Below, piece by piece: positions 1 to 13,971 of a DNA stretch of 64,000 nt. The translations under genes and the position numbers were made by a program. Under the pieces are notes generated by a model. The model saw nothing but the letters and a program-made list of their open reading frames with translations, was not told the DNA's origin and did not search any database. The number at the start of each line of letters is the position of its first letter. Position 1 is the stretch's first letter. This DNA comes from Chiloscyllium plagiosum (Eukaryota), in the NCBI RefSeq assembly GCF_004010195.1, contig NC_057737.1, positions 25,222,519 to 25,286,518 on the forward strand, read 5' to 3'.

Positions 1-258
1 AGAGGGGAATGATTTAAAAGGGACCTGAGGGGTAACTTTTTTCATGCAGGAGGGTAGTGCGTGCATGGAATGAGCTGCCAGAGGAAATGGTAGAAGCTGG
101 TACAATTATAGCAATAAGGCCTCTGGATGGGTATATGAATAAGAAGGGTTTAGAGGGATATGAGCTAAATACTGGCAAATGGGACGAGATTAATTTAAGG
201 TATCTGGTTGGCATGGACAAAACGGATCAAGGGTCTCTTGCCACGATCTTTAGCTGTG
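1..258 (+). mobile_element. CR1/HER1 LINE 3' end
   Basis: Frame reads RAWNELPEEMVEAGTI (CR1 ORF2 C-terminus), followed by a 3' UTR shared with other copies. Confidence 0.85.
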
Positions 259-1776
259 TGGCTCTATCCTTTTCCAGCTTAATATCCTTCCTATCACAGA
301 GACCAAAACTAGACAGAGTACTCCAGAAGAGGCTTCATCTTTAAGTAAACTGCATGTTCTTGGCACAATTCTGTCAATTTTGTGTATCATCTAAAAGGAA
401 ACCATTAATTTAACAGGGCACTTAATTGCCACAATCATTTACCTTTAATTGCCATTCTAGCATAACCTTGATATTAAAATTCTTGTTAGTGTTTTCAAAT
501 ATTGCCATGGTTTCCGACTTGCCCTATCTCTCAGAACATCTCCAGTGCCCTACAACTTTTCACAGTTTCTGTGCTCCTCCAATTCTGGCCTCCTGCCTCC
601 CTACTTTAATTGTTCCACCATTGCTTGCATCTGCAGCTATGTGGCTGTCATTGTTAGAATTTGGTCCTGAAGGTTTCTTTCCTTCCACTCCTTTCCTTTT
701 TAACCGTTCACTAAGATCTGCCTCATTGGGCTTCTGGCTTTGTTTTCTAACATTTCCTTGTGTAATGTGCCGCAAAGTATTTTGGGAAAGTTTGACTATA
801 TTAAAGATGCTTTGTAAACTCAAGTTATTAGCATTGCGACATCTACTCGAGTCGGTGTAATGCCATAATGTGTTCATTTTTAAAAATAAATTCAGTTTCT
901 CTCTCGGTAGAAATATACTTCTATTTGGTAATAGATGGTGTGGAAGCTATAGTTTAACTTGCTTGTTACTGTTAGTACGTGTACTTTTGAGGTACATGAA
1001 CTGGAAAATGATTTGATGATTCTAATTGATGAAAACATGGGACTAAAATTTCTGATGTAAAGACATGCCCTATAACAAAATTGTGATCGTGATCACGGGT
1101 GATGCAAGTGCTAGTCCAGAAGACAATTGTGACACCAAATGATTTGAACAAAATATCCTTTGTGATAATACTGTTAATTTTTCCTGTGGCTCGGTTTCTG
1201 ATTGGATTATTTCCTGCATTTGATAATTTTCAAGTAAGTATTTTTAAGATAATGATAGATTTGAAAAACAAAGTGGATAATTCTGAAATGCCAGGGTAAT
1301 CCAACTAAAGGGTAAATGGTTACGTTTTTGTCATCTGTGAATTGCAATGTTTTTTATTTATGGGTAACTATATAGCTGTTTTATTTCCAATATTCTGATA
1401 CTTAACAGGGTTGGACATTTGGGCATACACCAGGTGCCATGAAGTCCACATCAAGGTTTTCTCAAATAGATTATCTGGCCTCTCGGGTCACAAGTAGTTG
1501 TCTTCAGTAAATTGGAGTGCCAATTTTGTGTAATGGAAATTAGTCACACCCTTTGGTTTTTGCCTTGAGTAGTTCTCTATTTGGAATTATGTGCTTATTT
1601 ACACATTTGGCAGGATGCAAATTCCTGGAAGCTGTCTACTATCTGCATGTTTTTCATAACTGTGCTTTTTCTTCCATTCAATGCAAGAGTTTCTAATGAT
1701 TCAAGAAGTTGTCCAGGTGATGACTGGATACAGGGCATAACTATGTACATCTGCATTACATGCACATGTCTCCCTG

Positions 1777-2260
1777 TTGAGAAAGGGTTCAGAAAAGATT
1801 CACAAGGATGTTGGCAGAGTTGGAGGGTTTGAGCAATAGGGAGAGGCTGAATAGGCTGGGGCTGTTTGCCTTGGAGCATCGGAGGCTGAGGGGGTGACCT
1901 TATAGAAGTTTATAAAATCATGAGGGGCACGGATAGGGTAAGTAGACAAGGTCTTTTCCCTGGGTTGGGCAAGTCCAGAACTAGAGGGCATCGGTTTAGG
2001 TGAGAGGGGAAAGATTTAAACGGGACCTAAGGCGCAACTTTTTCATGCAGAGGATTGTGCGTGTATGGATTGAAGTGCAGAGGAAGTGGTGGAGGCTACT
2101 ACAATTGCAACATTTAAAAGGTCTCTGGTTGGGTATATGAATAGGAAGGGATATGGGCCAAATGCTGGCAAATGGAACTAGGTTAATTTAGGACATCTGG
2201 TTAGAATGGACGGGTTGGACAGAAGAGTCTGTTTCTCTGCTGTGCATCTCTACGACTCAA
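1777..2260 (+). mobile_element. CR1/HER1 LINE 3' fragment
   Basis: Encodes ERVQKRFTRM...RRLRGDLIEVYKIMRG-type ORF2 end plus 3' UTR. Confidence 0.9.
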
Positions 2261-4691
2261 TGTCATCTGTGGTTATTTTCCCCTTTTTTGCTGATTATCT
2301 GCCTAATTTGAATTGGGCACTGCTTAGCCAGGCGACGCCTTCTGATTGTACCTATCAGAATTCTAAAGTTTGTTGTGTGAGAATATGCTCGTCCAGTTGG
2401 AAATGGTTTATGTGTATGTGTGAAGTATCAGCTTTCTCTTTAATTCTTGAAAGTTTGTTTTGGAAGATCCTTATGTGTAGAAAGATGCATGTTAGCATGT
2501 CGTATGCAGAAACTGTGTGTGTGAGAGAGATCACCAAGTCCTGCTGCTGGTTAAATGTACTAATATATTCATGACCGAGATTGAAGAGCAAGGAAGATAT
2601 ATATAGCCAATAGCTTTTCCCAACATCCTCTCACATGGAATTATGTGGAATAATGGAGCATTGGTATGGTCTTCTGGCATTTTTAGTGTTTGATGCCTCA
2701 TGGCTACTTTTTTTTTTCAAAAGAAAGTAGATTCCTGTCAGCACTGGGATGTGATGCTTTCCAGTGCCCAACTTGCATTTCACTTTGTCAAGAGTGTGAA
2801 TTTTTAAATTCCTTCTCTTCCTTCTATCCATGGCTATGTGAGTTTGGTTTAATTGTGAATTTATGAATAATTTCCAAATTTGAATCTGAGATTAAGTCTG
2901 CATGTTTGAATGACTGTCTAGCTTACTGAAATGAAAATTGCCATCTCCTAAGTAAGACAGCAACTGACTAAAATCCAGCTTTGTTTTTTATTGGAAGTGG
3001 CTGAGTAAAGCTATTGCAGTGGCCCCAGTGGAATTTGCATGATTGGTATCCCAGGACAACATCCAATCCTGTGCTTGAAGCAAGTGAACAGGATGAGTAA
3101 GCAGTAGCCTTCACATTGGAGCAGAAGACATGGCTGCAGTTCTAAATGACTGCTTTGCACCTGTATTTACTAAGGAAGGTGCTGCTGCTGAAGTCCCATT
3201 GAATAATATTATGATTCCAGCTGATGTTATTACTGGACAAGTCAGATCCCAGACACAAGTTTGGCTTGATGGATCATGTTTTGATTTGTTTTGGTATTAA
3301 CAAAGTGGTGTCTCACTGAAATATAAGTATACAATGCTGCAGATTTTGTTCTAACAACAAAACAAGTTTATTAATAAAATAACAGATAAAGTAGAATAAA
3401 CTATACCATCTACCGATAACACAAATTCAAAGATCTTTCAAAATATGCTGAAAGTATTATCCCATTAAAACACTCTTGTACAAATTGAAAGCAAACAAGA
3501 TACCTGATACACCTTGGCACAGTACCCCAAACATCATTTGCACAACACTCACATCTGAGTCCCCAACTCTAACACTTTGATAAGTTTAAGTCACTGTGAC
3601 TTAAACATTTACAATGGAACTGTAGGTAGCTTAGAGTGCTATCATACAACCTGCTGAAATGTATTTGGCTATAAGTAACCATTTCAAGTTTTTATCCCAA
3701 CACTGACTCTTGGTTTGGTGCTATCACTATCTCTTTGTTCTATCCTACTTCAGTATATAGCCATTCTCAAGAGCTCTGCTCTATATAGCCTACATTTTCC
3801 AAGGACTTCACAGGACTGCTCCAAATGCAAACTGGGAAAAATAAAGCCCTGTCTTTAAGCTCCAGGAGTTTCCATTAATCTGAAACAAAAAAAATGAAGT
3901 TCAGCAAGTCTTGAATGATCCTTGAGGCTGCATGTTAAACCTTGCTGGGTCGCAAGTATATTACGTAATAAAATCTATTAATGGTGTATGCAAACCCTTT
4001 TATTTTCTGAAGCCAGGCCTCTCAACCTATTTTAAAATAGGTTGGAAAAGTGTGCAATATGTGGAAAAACTGAAGATATTTTAACATTTTGGATTAAAAA
4101 AGGTTTCACTCTGATTCTGATGGAAACACATCTGGTTTTGTGGTAATTAGGTCAACACCTTGTGAGCTGTGATGCACCTGCTGAATACAGAAAGATAAAT
4201 TACTTTTGGTGAAACGTAGCCGAACAAAGATGGTGTTTGTTGCCCTTAATTGCTGGAAAATCTGACTTTGCAAGAAATTGAGGACCTGTGCTGATTGTTG
4301 TCTTGAACCTTGTTTTGGTCTTGGTTTCTATTTCACAAACATTAGGATTCTGAAGGAATAAAGTTTTGCAGTAAGGCTTCATGTCTCTTTCTCCCTTCTT
4401 TGTTTGAAGTACTTGAGGACTACAAGTTTCCATTTCTCAGGATTTTGACTACATGGTAAATCATCAGAAGTTGATGTCCACTATCCAATGACAACTTGAT
4501 TTTCTTCTGACCTGAACTTGTTTGATAATCTTTCAGTGGTGTATACTATTAACAATTCAGTTTTATAAACAAAAAGCTCAGCGGACTGAAAGAATTTGAT
4601 TAATTCTATCTTTTGATTTTTAGGCCATTGGCCAACAAGCTCTTTTTAACCCTTTTTTTAACAATATTATCTCCTCAGTGTCTTTATCTTT

Positions 4692-4992
4692 GGGCGGCAC
4701 GGTGGCACAGTGGTTAGCACTGCTGCCTCACAGCGCCAGAGACCCGGGTTCAATTCCTGCCTCAGGCGACTGACTGTGTGGAGTTTGCACGTTCTCCCCG
4801 TGTCTGCGTGGGTTTCCTCCCACAGTCCAAAGATGTGCAGGTCAGGTGAATTGGCCATGCTAAATTGCCCGTAGTGTTAGTTAAGGGGTAAATGTAGGGG
4901 TATGGGTGGGTTGCGCTTCGGCAGGGCGGTGTGGACTTGTGGGCCGAAGGGCCTGTTTCCACACTGTAAGTAATCTAATCTAATCTAATCTA
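4692..4992 (+). mobile_element. HE1-like tRNA-derived SINE, young copy with (TAATC)n tail
   Basis: A box tggcacagtgg, B box ggttcaattcc, V-domain-like body (tgtgtggagtttgcacgttctccccgtgtctgcgtgggtttcctcc), CR1-like 3' end and taatc repeats. Confidence 0.9.
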
Positions 4993-5232
4993 GTCTATTG
5001 TATTGTCTATGGAGTGTGTTTCTGTTGGAATTAAAAGGGGTTGTAATTCTAATTCTGGATTGTAATGAGGCATTTGCTAGTTTTGCCTCATTTTTAAGAG
5101 CTTTGATTTTCCATAATCAGATTTCTTTTTCTGCTTTGTTAAAAATGTCTGGTGATCATCTCTCTCAGCCTGGATAGCAGTAGAAAAGGGAAACCTTTGG
5201 CCATTTTGATGATTGGACAAAAGCAATTATTA

Positions 5233-5550
5233 TGGTGGCTCAGTGGTTAGCACTGCTGCCTCACAGCACCAGGGATCCAGGTTTGATTGCAGCCTTGGGC
5301 AACTGTCTGTGTGAAGTTTACGCATTCTTCCCGTGTCTGCTTTAGTGCACCAATTCCCCCTTATGGTCCAAAATATGCAGGTTAGGAAGATTGGCCATGC
5401 TAAAATTATCCGTTGTGTCCAGGGATGTGTAGGCTAAGTGGATTAGCCAGAGTAAATGTTGAGTTATGGGGATACAGTGGGGGTCTGGGTGGAATGTTCT
5501 TGTGGACTCAGTGGGACAAGGTGGCCTCCTTGTACAAAATGGTTCTGTAA
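5233..5550 (+). mobile_element. HE1-like SINE, older copy
   Basis: Homologous to 4692-4992. Confidence 0.85.
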
Positions 5551-6845
5551 TTGTCAGTCCCAGCCCAGCCTTTGTTAATTTCAGCGTGGTCATTGTCAGT
5601 TCCAGTGCAGCCTTTGTGAGTCTTGATTATCAGCACTTTACTCCCATCAAGGTAATGAACAATGTTTATGTCCTTTAGGCAAGGCGACAAAAGCTCTGTA
5701 AGCAAATCACCAACAATCTTTATAACTATCACAGAGTACCCCAATTTTATACTTCATACCCCTTGAATAACCAAAAACATTCCATTTACCTTTCTAATCT
5801 TGTGCTGTATCTGCATGTTAACTTTGTTTCATTTACCAGGGCTCCTCGACATCCCTTTATGTCTCCATGTTTTGCAATTGCTCTGTGTTTTAAATAATTT
5901 TCTGGACTGGATGCTGCAACTTCTAAACTTAACAAGTGTTTCACTTCTGTGACAGAGGTTGGAACTTGATTGGAGATTTGAGCATTTGGTTTCAGGAACA
6001 ATGGATGTTGGTTTGGGAGGCTAGCACCTCAAGAGGATGGGGTGTTTGGTGGTGCCAAATAGGATTTTGGCAGAGTGGGATTTCTGTTACTGGTTTGTGA
6101 GTCAACTTGGAATGTTTATTCCAGCCATATCCAGTACCAAGGCTTCTTGCTTCGTGTCTCAGTATATATTGTATTCTCCACTGTTAGAACTGTTAACTGT
6201 CCATCCTTCAGCTCCAAATTCACACTCCCACTAATCTTAGTGCTGGTCTCTCAACTCTCATTCTCAAATTTTTTCAAACTTCTGCTATGGTAATTTAATG
6301 AGCTGGTGTTTCTCTTTTTTTTCTGTATGCTTTGTTTCTTTAAGCTTGTAATTATCTTAGCCCCACACTTTTGCAACTAAATTTTTTTTTGTCCCTTCCA
6401 AGATACATCTTTCAGTCATACTTTATCTCTTTGACTTACTTGTGCGATGTTTCACTAACTTTGAAAGAACATATAAATACACCTGATTATTGTTACAATA
6501 GAAATGCAAATTGTCATGCATTTTTAAGCATAGATTTTTTGCTGCATTTTGAAAATAAAATGCTTGTTCAGTTTTTAAAAATCTCATTAAATTTGTTTGG
6601 TTATTCATAAAATTAAATAATGGTTATAATCAAGATTTTAACATACTAGTGTGTGTAGCAATCTGTGACAGGTTGTCATTGCTTTTATAATTGAAAAAGG
6701 ATTGAAGTGGAAGCTTATGACTGCAAGCTGTTTTAAGTATGTTGTCTTCACTTTTGTTTGCTCTCTGCTAATTTCACTTTTCAATCTTCTTTCCTCTGTT
6801 CCAAGAATAAAACAGAACTTGTTACCCTAAACAACAACACCATTA

Positions 6846-7050
6846 CACAAAAATCAGAATTGCTGCAGAAAATCAGTAGGTTTGGCAGCAACCTTCAAGA
6901 GAAAGCAGAGGCAATGTTTCAGGTTGAGGAAGAATCACTGGGCCCGAAACATTGCCTTCTGTCCATAGATGCTGCCAGGCCTATTGAATTTCTCAAGTAA
7001 TCCCTATGTTTGTATTATATTTCCAGCATCCAGAGTTCTTTGTTTTTTTT
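6846..7050. mobile_element. Old palindromic short element with decayed hammerhead-like core
   Basis: Inverted arms (ttggcagca...ggcaatgtttc / gaaacattgcc...tgctgccag). Core tTGAGGA-agaatcactgggccc-GAAAC. Confidence 0.6.
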
Positions 7051-8464
7051 CATACCGAGTGGTGAACATTTGTAAGTTACACTATCTCAGTTTGATATCA
7101 AGGGATTCATGACATATTCTCTATGCAATGGAAATGTTCATTTTTAACAATCAGCACCCAGCATCAGTAAGTTAATATTATGTAGGCTGATGTAATTGTT
7201 ATGTATATGCTTAGTAAGTTGGTAATTTGGGAATTGTTCCACATTTTGTACAATTCCAAGAATTAGTTTCTGGTTTAGATCAGAGATGAATGGCATGGTT
7301 TTAAATTGTATTAAGTTGCAAAATTCCTTTTCTGCTATATTTAGGATCTATTCTTGAGCTTGCCTAGATTGCCACTTGGTATTCAGTCAAAAATTAGTAG
7401 AATGTCTTGTAGTTTTCCTGGGAGTGTTCAAATGCATGCCTCAGGTTTTGTTAGAAGGAGATTGTTGGGTTCCTTTCTTGAGATTCATGCACACTTGATG
7501 CAACTGCAATATGCCAACTTCTGTCAGCAGCCACCATTTATTTCAGCAAGTATAAATCTTTTGGTGGATCACTTAACACTCTTCGCGATGCCTGCGGAGC
7601 ATGTCAAGCAAGGCTCTCTGAACAAGGGAACCGTCCTTCCTTTATGCAGGGTTTTTCATCACAGTCTGCAAGACTGAAAAACACACTTCCCAGGCTGTCC
7701 ACTTTCTTAAATGTCAGCGGAATAAATTAACCCTTTAACAACTCAGAGATAAACATGCAGCCAGCTTCCTTTCCGCAGCTGCAATAATGCTGAAGGCCAC
7801 CAACATTTTGATACACCATGAAGTTTGAATTTTCCTTTGTTCTAAGTGAAAATATCAAGAATATGTTCAATTCAGGTGAATAGAAAATTCAAAATGCAAG
7901 TGTTTTTTCTAGCAAGTAAGTTGCCTCTTAGACTTTGTAAACTGCTCAACATCACTTAGTTTTGATACTATAAAATTGAGTAGTTAATGATTAAATGGTT
8001 CATTAGTATATAACTGCATCCCATGCCTAAATATATCTTAGTATGGTGGGTCATTGGAAGTGAATTGTTACCAAATATTCTACTAAAACAATTAGTTTCG
8101 TTAATAAGAATTTCAGTACTGTATATAGATTATTTGCAATTAGATTTTGAATAAAATTAAAATCATGAGTTGAGGAGTAAAGCTTTATTTTGGAACAACT
8201 GTATGCATTGAGTATACTGCATCTTGTGAAATCCACTTGTTATCTGATACACATTGTCAGGTGTATTTATAAACAAAACTTGGCTTCTCTACTTTCAGCC
8301 CTCTGTGCCTTTATTGCTTTATTTCCATCAATGTTGTAGCTTTTTCTTTACCTTTTATAAAAGACAAAGGTATGGCTGTTACCTTTTGAGGTGGATTTCA
8401 TTGTGAAGGTGATAGCTTTAAGATTGGGCTGTAACAAACACCAGAGAACTTCAGATTTGGCTAC

Positions 8465-8610
8465 ATGTGGAGAGACAAACGTTTAGAGTCTGATATGGAC
8501 ACCTCTTCAGAACTTGCCAAGAGTATCCGACCAGTCTTGAAACATTAACGGTTTCCCTCTTCACAGATGTTGCCAGATCTGCTGAGTTTCTCCAGCGTCC
8601 TCAGTATTTT
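8465..8610. mobile_element. Old palindromic short element related to 6846-7050 and 41160-41230
   Basis: gaaacattaac...cacagatgttgccagatctgctgagtttctccagc block with a partial inverted left arm. Confidence 0.5.
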
Positions 8611-10488
8611 GCCATTGTTCAAGGGTGGGCTGCAGATTATTTTCATGGACTACATAATTTTCTGTTTCTTTATCTTGTATTAATAATTTGTAATTCTGTG
8701 CTCACTCTTCGATAAGTACATGTCTTTTTACTGCAAGCTGCTACAAATGGCTTCAGTTTAAGTTGTAGCTTCTATCGGCTTGTTGCAGATGGCAAACAGT
8801 CGCATCTTTTTAGAAACTTACTTTATGCCTGTGTCTATCAAAGTTATGTTGTAGAGTTTTAAGTTTTAAAGGAAGCAGTACCATTGGTTAACTGTGGTTG
8901 TCTTCATTTTGGTTCCCATTACCTTTTGCAGTTTTGGCAAATCAACATGTTCTGCTCACCATTCAGAATAAGTTTCATTAATGCCAGAAAAATTCACTTG
9001 ATTGATTGTTTGTTTGTTTCATGGGCAGTTTTCTGGAGTTGGCACTTAAGTGGAATATGATAACTGGAACTGGTAATAACTTTATACATTTGTAGGGTCA
9101 AAGGACATAAGATTGTTGGGGTTGTTTCCTCTGCATGGAACTTTTTTTCCTTCACTTGATTTCTTTGTTGGGCCAGTTGTCAGTGTGCTTGCAAATTCTA
9201 TTCAAAACATTTTATTTTATTCCTATTAGACTTTATTATTACTGGACTTTGTATCTATTTACTGTTTTGAGGACATTAGTTTATTCTATAAAGAAAGCAT
9301 ATTGTTTAGACCTAAATAGAAGTGTGTGAATAATCCACAACTCTGATTTGCACAGTAGACCTGTTTTATGACATCAGTGAAATGTTTTTCCTTTGTCATG
9401 CACTAGAATACATAACATTGAATCATGAGATAAATAAACATCAAACCAATTGGCTACCTCTGTGTATATAAATTAAAAATCACCGTATGTTGCTTACTGG
9501 ACCTTACAGAGCTGTTGTGACTTCAGCTGATGGTTCTTCAGCCATTCATGGACTTAGAGCTGAGCAAGCCAGAGATGTTGGTTGGCGGTGTGCAATAATC
9601 TGTTTAAACCTTTTATCTAACAGTTTTACCGTGTTAATTCAGAAAGGTTCTGTTACCAGAAATTCAAACTTTAAATCCTCTCTGCTTGAAAAGGTAGCCA
9701 GTACTGTGAACATGACTCGGTGTTGGTTTACAATCTTTTTGCAGTACAGACAGGCTAGCTGACCCAACTGGTCAATGCAGGTGGTGTTCTCCGTCTTGAT
9801 CCTTCTTCTCTCTCCTGGACGTAGGATGTTTTGGAGGTCCTTGAAATGTATTTCTGACTGCAGTCTTTATGCAGTAGATGCATTACTATTCAGCCAATAA
9901 TCATATCCAACCTCTTAACAGTTTATCAACCCAAGAGAAACATATATTATGTACCTATATCTCTTCCAGCATCACTTAGGTATTCATTTGACTTTCCTTA
10001 ATTTTTCCAAATTCCTTTTGAATGCTAATCAGATCTCAAACCTTAATGACTTGCTGTATATCTTTGTGTTATGGTAAACTTGTTCATAAAAGTACAACCA
10101 CCATTCTCGCCTATATTTTTTTAAAAAGTTTAAGCAGGAGAAATACAATTCATTAAATTCTACTGGTCACATCTACCTTTTTCCCCCTGAGAATCCTAAT
10201 TTATTTATCACCTGGCTCTGCTTTCTATTAATGTGAGTAATATTAAATCTAACTTAGCATTAAACTGAACAATGTATTTAGAAGTCTCCAAAAACTGTCA
10301 AATATTTGACATTTAAGTTACTTATTTTCACTTTGTAGTCTGCAAGATTAACGTGATTATTGGCAAAGAATTCCAGTACAGTAGATTTATGATTGGTTAT
10401 AATATTTTCTTAATCATTGTTGAAGACTCGCACTCATTTTAATATTCAAAAGCAATTTGTAGAGCACTTTGTGATAAATTAATTAGTG

Positions 10489-10493
<5 letters not shown>

Positions 10494-10521
<28 letters not shown>
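10494..10521. repeat. (CT)n microsatellite
   Basis: Directly visible. Confidence 0.9.
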
Positions 10522-10526
<5 letters not shown>

Positions 10527-11149
10527 CCATCCTCTCTCCCTTTGTCCATGTCCTCCTGCCCCTTACCCTCCCTCAATGCAGGCATCCATCCTTCACTGCT
10601 GTCACCCAGTTGACCTACCCTCCTCTCACTATCTCCCCCTGTTCACTGAATTCCATAGCATAGGATCCAAAATTAGATGCTATGTTTGCAATTCCTCTGG
10701 ATGTGAAATTACAATTAAAGTCATTGCACTAAATGGGTACTGAACAGTTCCAGTTTTGATGTGGGTTATAGTTTCTGTTCTCTGAAAATTGTCAATTTGT
10801 TACCTTCATATTTGTTCTTCCTGAATGAATACAGATTAAAAATGTACTATTTCTAAAACTAAACAAGTTATGTTCAATTTCAAGCTAAGATCTGCAGTTG
10901 GTTGTTCAGTTACCTGAAGAAATAATTTCCACATACAATTTAACCCAGTGTTAATAACTCACTCCTTTTAGTGCAGGTCAACCACAGCAGTGTGCTTGGG
11001 GATTTTTTAGGAAAATTAAAAAGTGTTTTAAATCTCACAGGTTTTGGATTAGCTCATTGCAAGATTACAAATTGCTCTTCACAGTTTGCAGTTTGTCACA
11101 GATGATTTAAAATGATACATATCTACCATGAAACACAATAGAAGGGTGA

Positions 11150-11390
11150 TAGATATAGGCTGGATGTCAGTGATAGTTTCTTTACTCAGAGTAGTAGGGG
11201 CGTGGAACACACTGGCTGCAACAGTTGTAGACTTGCCAACTTTATGGGCATTTAAATGGTCATTGGATAGGCATACAGATAAGAATGGAATAGTGTAGGT
11301 TAGATGGGCTTCAGATTGGTTTCACAGGGCAGCGCAACATCGAGGGCTGAAGGGCCTGTACTGCGCTGTGATGTTCTGAATGTGTTCTAT
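11150..11390 (+). mobile_element. CR1 3' fragment (different subfamily)
   Basis: tttactcagagtagtaggggcgtggaac...gggctgaagggcctgtactgcgctgt tail. Confidence 0.75.
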
Positions 11391-13190
11391 TAAGTGTTCA
11401 ACTGCAAGTTTGAATTAATCCAATTACACCAAAGGATGTTTAAGAATTTTAAGAGAAGTGACTGGTACTGATTGTGAACCAGTTTGATATGTGAGGATTC
11501 TGGATGTTCAAGGCAAACAAGTTTGATATCTCAATGAAATTATCATGGTAAAGCATTTTGATACTGGTATATTACTATTTGCTATATACTGACTCTTCAG
11601 TTTTAGAATATGATCCGATAAAATATTTCTTTACTGTCCTACAACTGATTTTAATTAACTTTTGATTATTCTTCTATTTATGCCATCTTCTCAGTATCCA
11701 ATAGTTGTACTTCTCAACAAAATAAACTTCTCAGTTGTTGAATTTAGTTTAAATCTTTTTAAAGTGAGCAATTTTCAATGGCTTTGAGGCTGACTGATTC
11801 AAAAGGAAATCTTATTGATAGTTTGAATATTGTTGCCAGTTTGTTTGACAGGTTTTCAACTCTACTATTTCTCTTTGGGTTAAGCACAGACAGTGAAGAA
11901 TAAATTTTATTATTAAGCATTCAGAAAGTAAATAGCATTGTCTGTAAGAAGATCGAGGATGTATAGAAATGCTGCTTCATGATAGCCAGATATATTGAGT
12001 TACTTCATGGCTAATGAAGTGCCTTTGAAATTTAATCACTATTGAAGCATAGAAAACAAGAAAATGGACTTTGGGCCCATCTTGAATCAAATGGACCTGT
12101 AGGTTTCTTTTTCAAATAATGTTAATAATTGTAACCTTGATTCAGGTTTGGGCTTTTGATGCTTAAACATCATTTTGACTTATCACAAGGTGAACTGAAA
12201 GGTGCTTTTTTAGTTTTCCATGAAAAGGCATCTGATATATTATTAATGTTTGGGTATGTACTTTTTGCCTTTCTATTTTAGGGTGCTTTCTGTAAATCTT
12301 GATGTCAATTGTTTTGTTTACCTGTAGTCAATACTTTTGCTTGTTCTCTCTTCCTTTTTGGGGTTATGGGTGCACATGATTTAAACTTGATACCTCATGG
12401 AAACTTGACCCTTCCGTGTTTGGGAAGCACACTCTAGTTCAACTGATGTTTTATTTGCTCTCGAGTTGGAGCAGTTAATTTTTGAAACATTTATGAGAAT
12501 GTATGGATCAGATACTTGAGCTGTTGAAAATCTGAAACTGTTGGCTGTGCAACACCCAAAGAAATTTTGATCTGCATAGTCATTATAATGAATATTATAT
12601 TTAAATTCTAGTTTCCTGATGAATGGTGCCATGTCCTTTAACATTTCCGAAGGTAAAGGTAACTTTACAGTTCACAATACCTACAATGTAGCAAGCTATT
12701 CCAAAGTGCTTCATGGATGTACAAATAGACAGAAATTAACATGGAGTCAAAGGAATTGGAAAGGTTGATTACAATATTGTTGATAGATGTTTTGGGGAGG
12801 ATCTTAAAGGAAGTAAGGGAAGAAATTTGAGAGTTTAGGGCCTAGGAATTTGAACATTTGAACATAAATTATGGTGTATAAGAGTGAGGAGTGCCTAAAA
12901 GGTCAGGGTCAGAGACATGCAGAGTTCTTGATGCATTATAGAATTTGAAGTTACAAAGATAAGACAATGGTGAGGATATAATGTGAAGATGAGAGTTTTG
13001 AATGACAGTTGTTGATTGTCTGAGTTATTGTCGATCAATGAGCAGTAAACATTCTGTAAAGAACACATTCTTATTCTTTAATGGGATGTGGTTATGACTG
13101 GCAAGGCCGCATTTGTTAGCCATCCCTAATTATCCTTGAGATATTGAACATTTGCAGGTAATCTAGTGGAGGTACGTTAGCTCTGTCAGA

Positions 13191-13335
13191 TTCTCTTGTG
13201 GTGCAGTGATAGTGTCCCTACCCCTGGACGGGGAAGCTGAGGTTTACGTCCTCCTTCTCCAGAGGTGTGTGATACCATATATGAACAGGTTGATTAGAAA
13301 AATAGGTTAATTAGTTTTTAAAAAACAAAGTAGTG
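13191..13335 (+). mobile_element. Short tRNA-derived SINE with A-rich tail, inserted in an L2
   Basis: tRNA-like head (tggtgcagtgatag), tail ctccagaggtgtg...tgaacaggttgattagaaaaat, flanked by ctgtcaga direct repeats (13183-90, 13336-43). Confidence 0.7.
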
Positions 13336-13796
13336 CTGTCAGAAAGGAAGTTTGAGGATTTAATCCAGCAACAGCAAAGAAATGATAGAGTTCATCGTAA
13401 TTTTTGATTTGGAGGGGAACGTGCATTTGGTGTTCCCATGTATCTGTTGCCCTTGTCCTTCTGGCTGCTAGATGTTGTGTTTAGAAAGAGCTATCAAAGG
13501 AAGTGGGTGAAATGCATCAGTGCATCTCGTGAACAGTAAGCACTGATACCACTCTGCTGTTGGTGGAGGGAGAGAACGTTCATGGTAGTGGGAGGGATAT
13601 TGATCAAATAGACTGCTTTTATCCTGGATGATGAGCTTCTTGAGCTAGATGTAACCAGGCAAGTGGAGAGTGTTCTATTACATTGATAACCTATACTTTG
13701 TAGATGGTGTACAGGCTTTAATGAGTTGAGAGGTGACTAATTGCTCTCAGAATTCCTAGTCTCTGAACTATTCTGGTAGCCATGGCATTCATATGA

Positions 13797-13971
13797 GGAG
13801 AAACTGAGGTCTGCAGATGCTGGAGATCAGAGCTGGAAATGTGTTGCTGGAAAAGCGCAGCAGGTCAGGCAGCATCCAGGGAACAGGAGAATCGACGTTT
13901 CGGGCATAAGCCCTTCTTCAGGAATGGGGAAAGTTTGTCCAGCAGGCTAAGATAAAAGGTAGGGAGGAGGG
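13797..13971 (-). mobile_element. Penelope-type 3'-terminal fragment with hammerhead motif
   Basis: Same family block as 14822-14991; interrupts an old L2 at tatg/tatg. Confidence 0.75.
13890..13925 (-). ncRNA. Minimal hammerhead ribozyme, intact core
   Basis: - strand ATTC-CTGAAGA-A-GGGC-TTAT-GCCC-GAAAC-GTC-GATT. Confidence 0.85.

Noticed and set aside
3225-3970. Possible solo LTR on the - strand
   Set aside because: It starts with TGTTA and has a poly(A)-signal-like tttatt, but I could not define a matching end or TSD.
4692-4765. tRNA gene
   Set aside because: It is the tRNA-derived head of a multi-copy SINE.
7450-7820. Possible conserved non-coding element or exon
   Set aside because: Non-repetitive appearance only, with no USP32 match. 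Conservation cannot be assessed without alignments.
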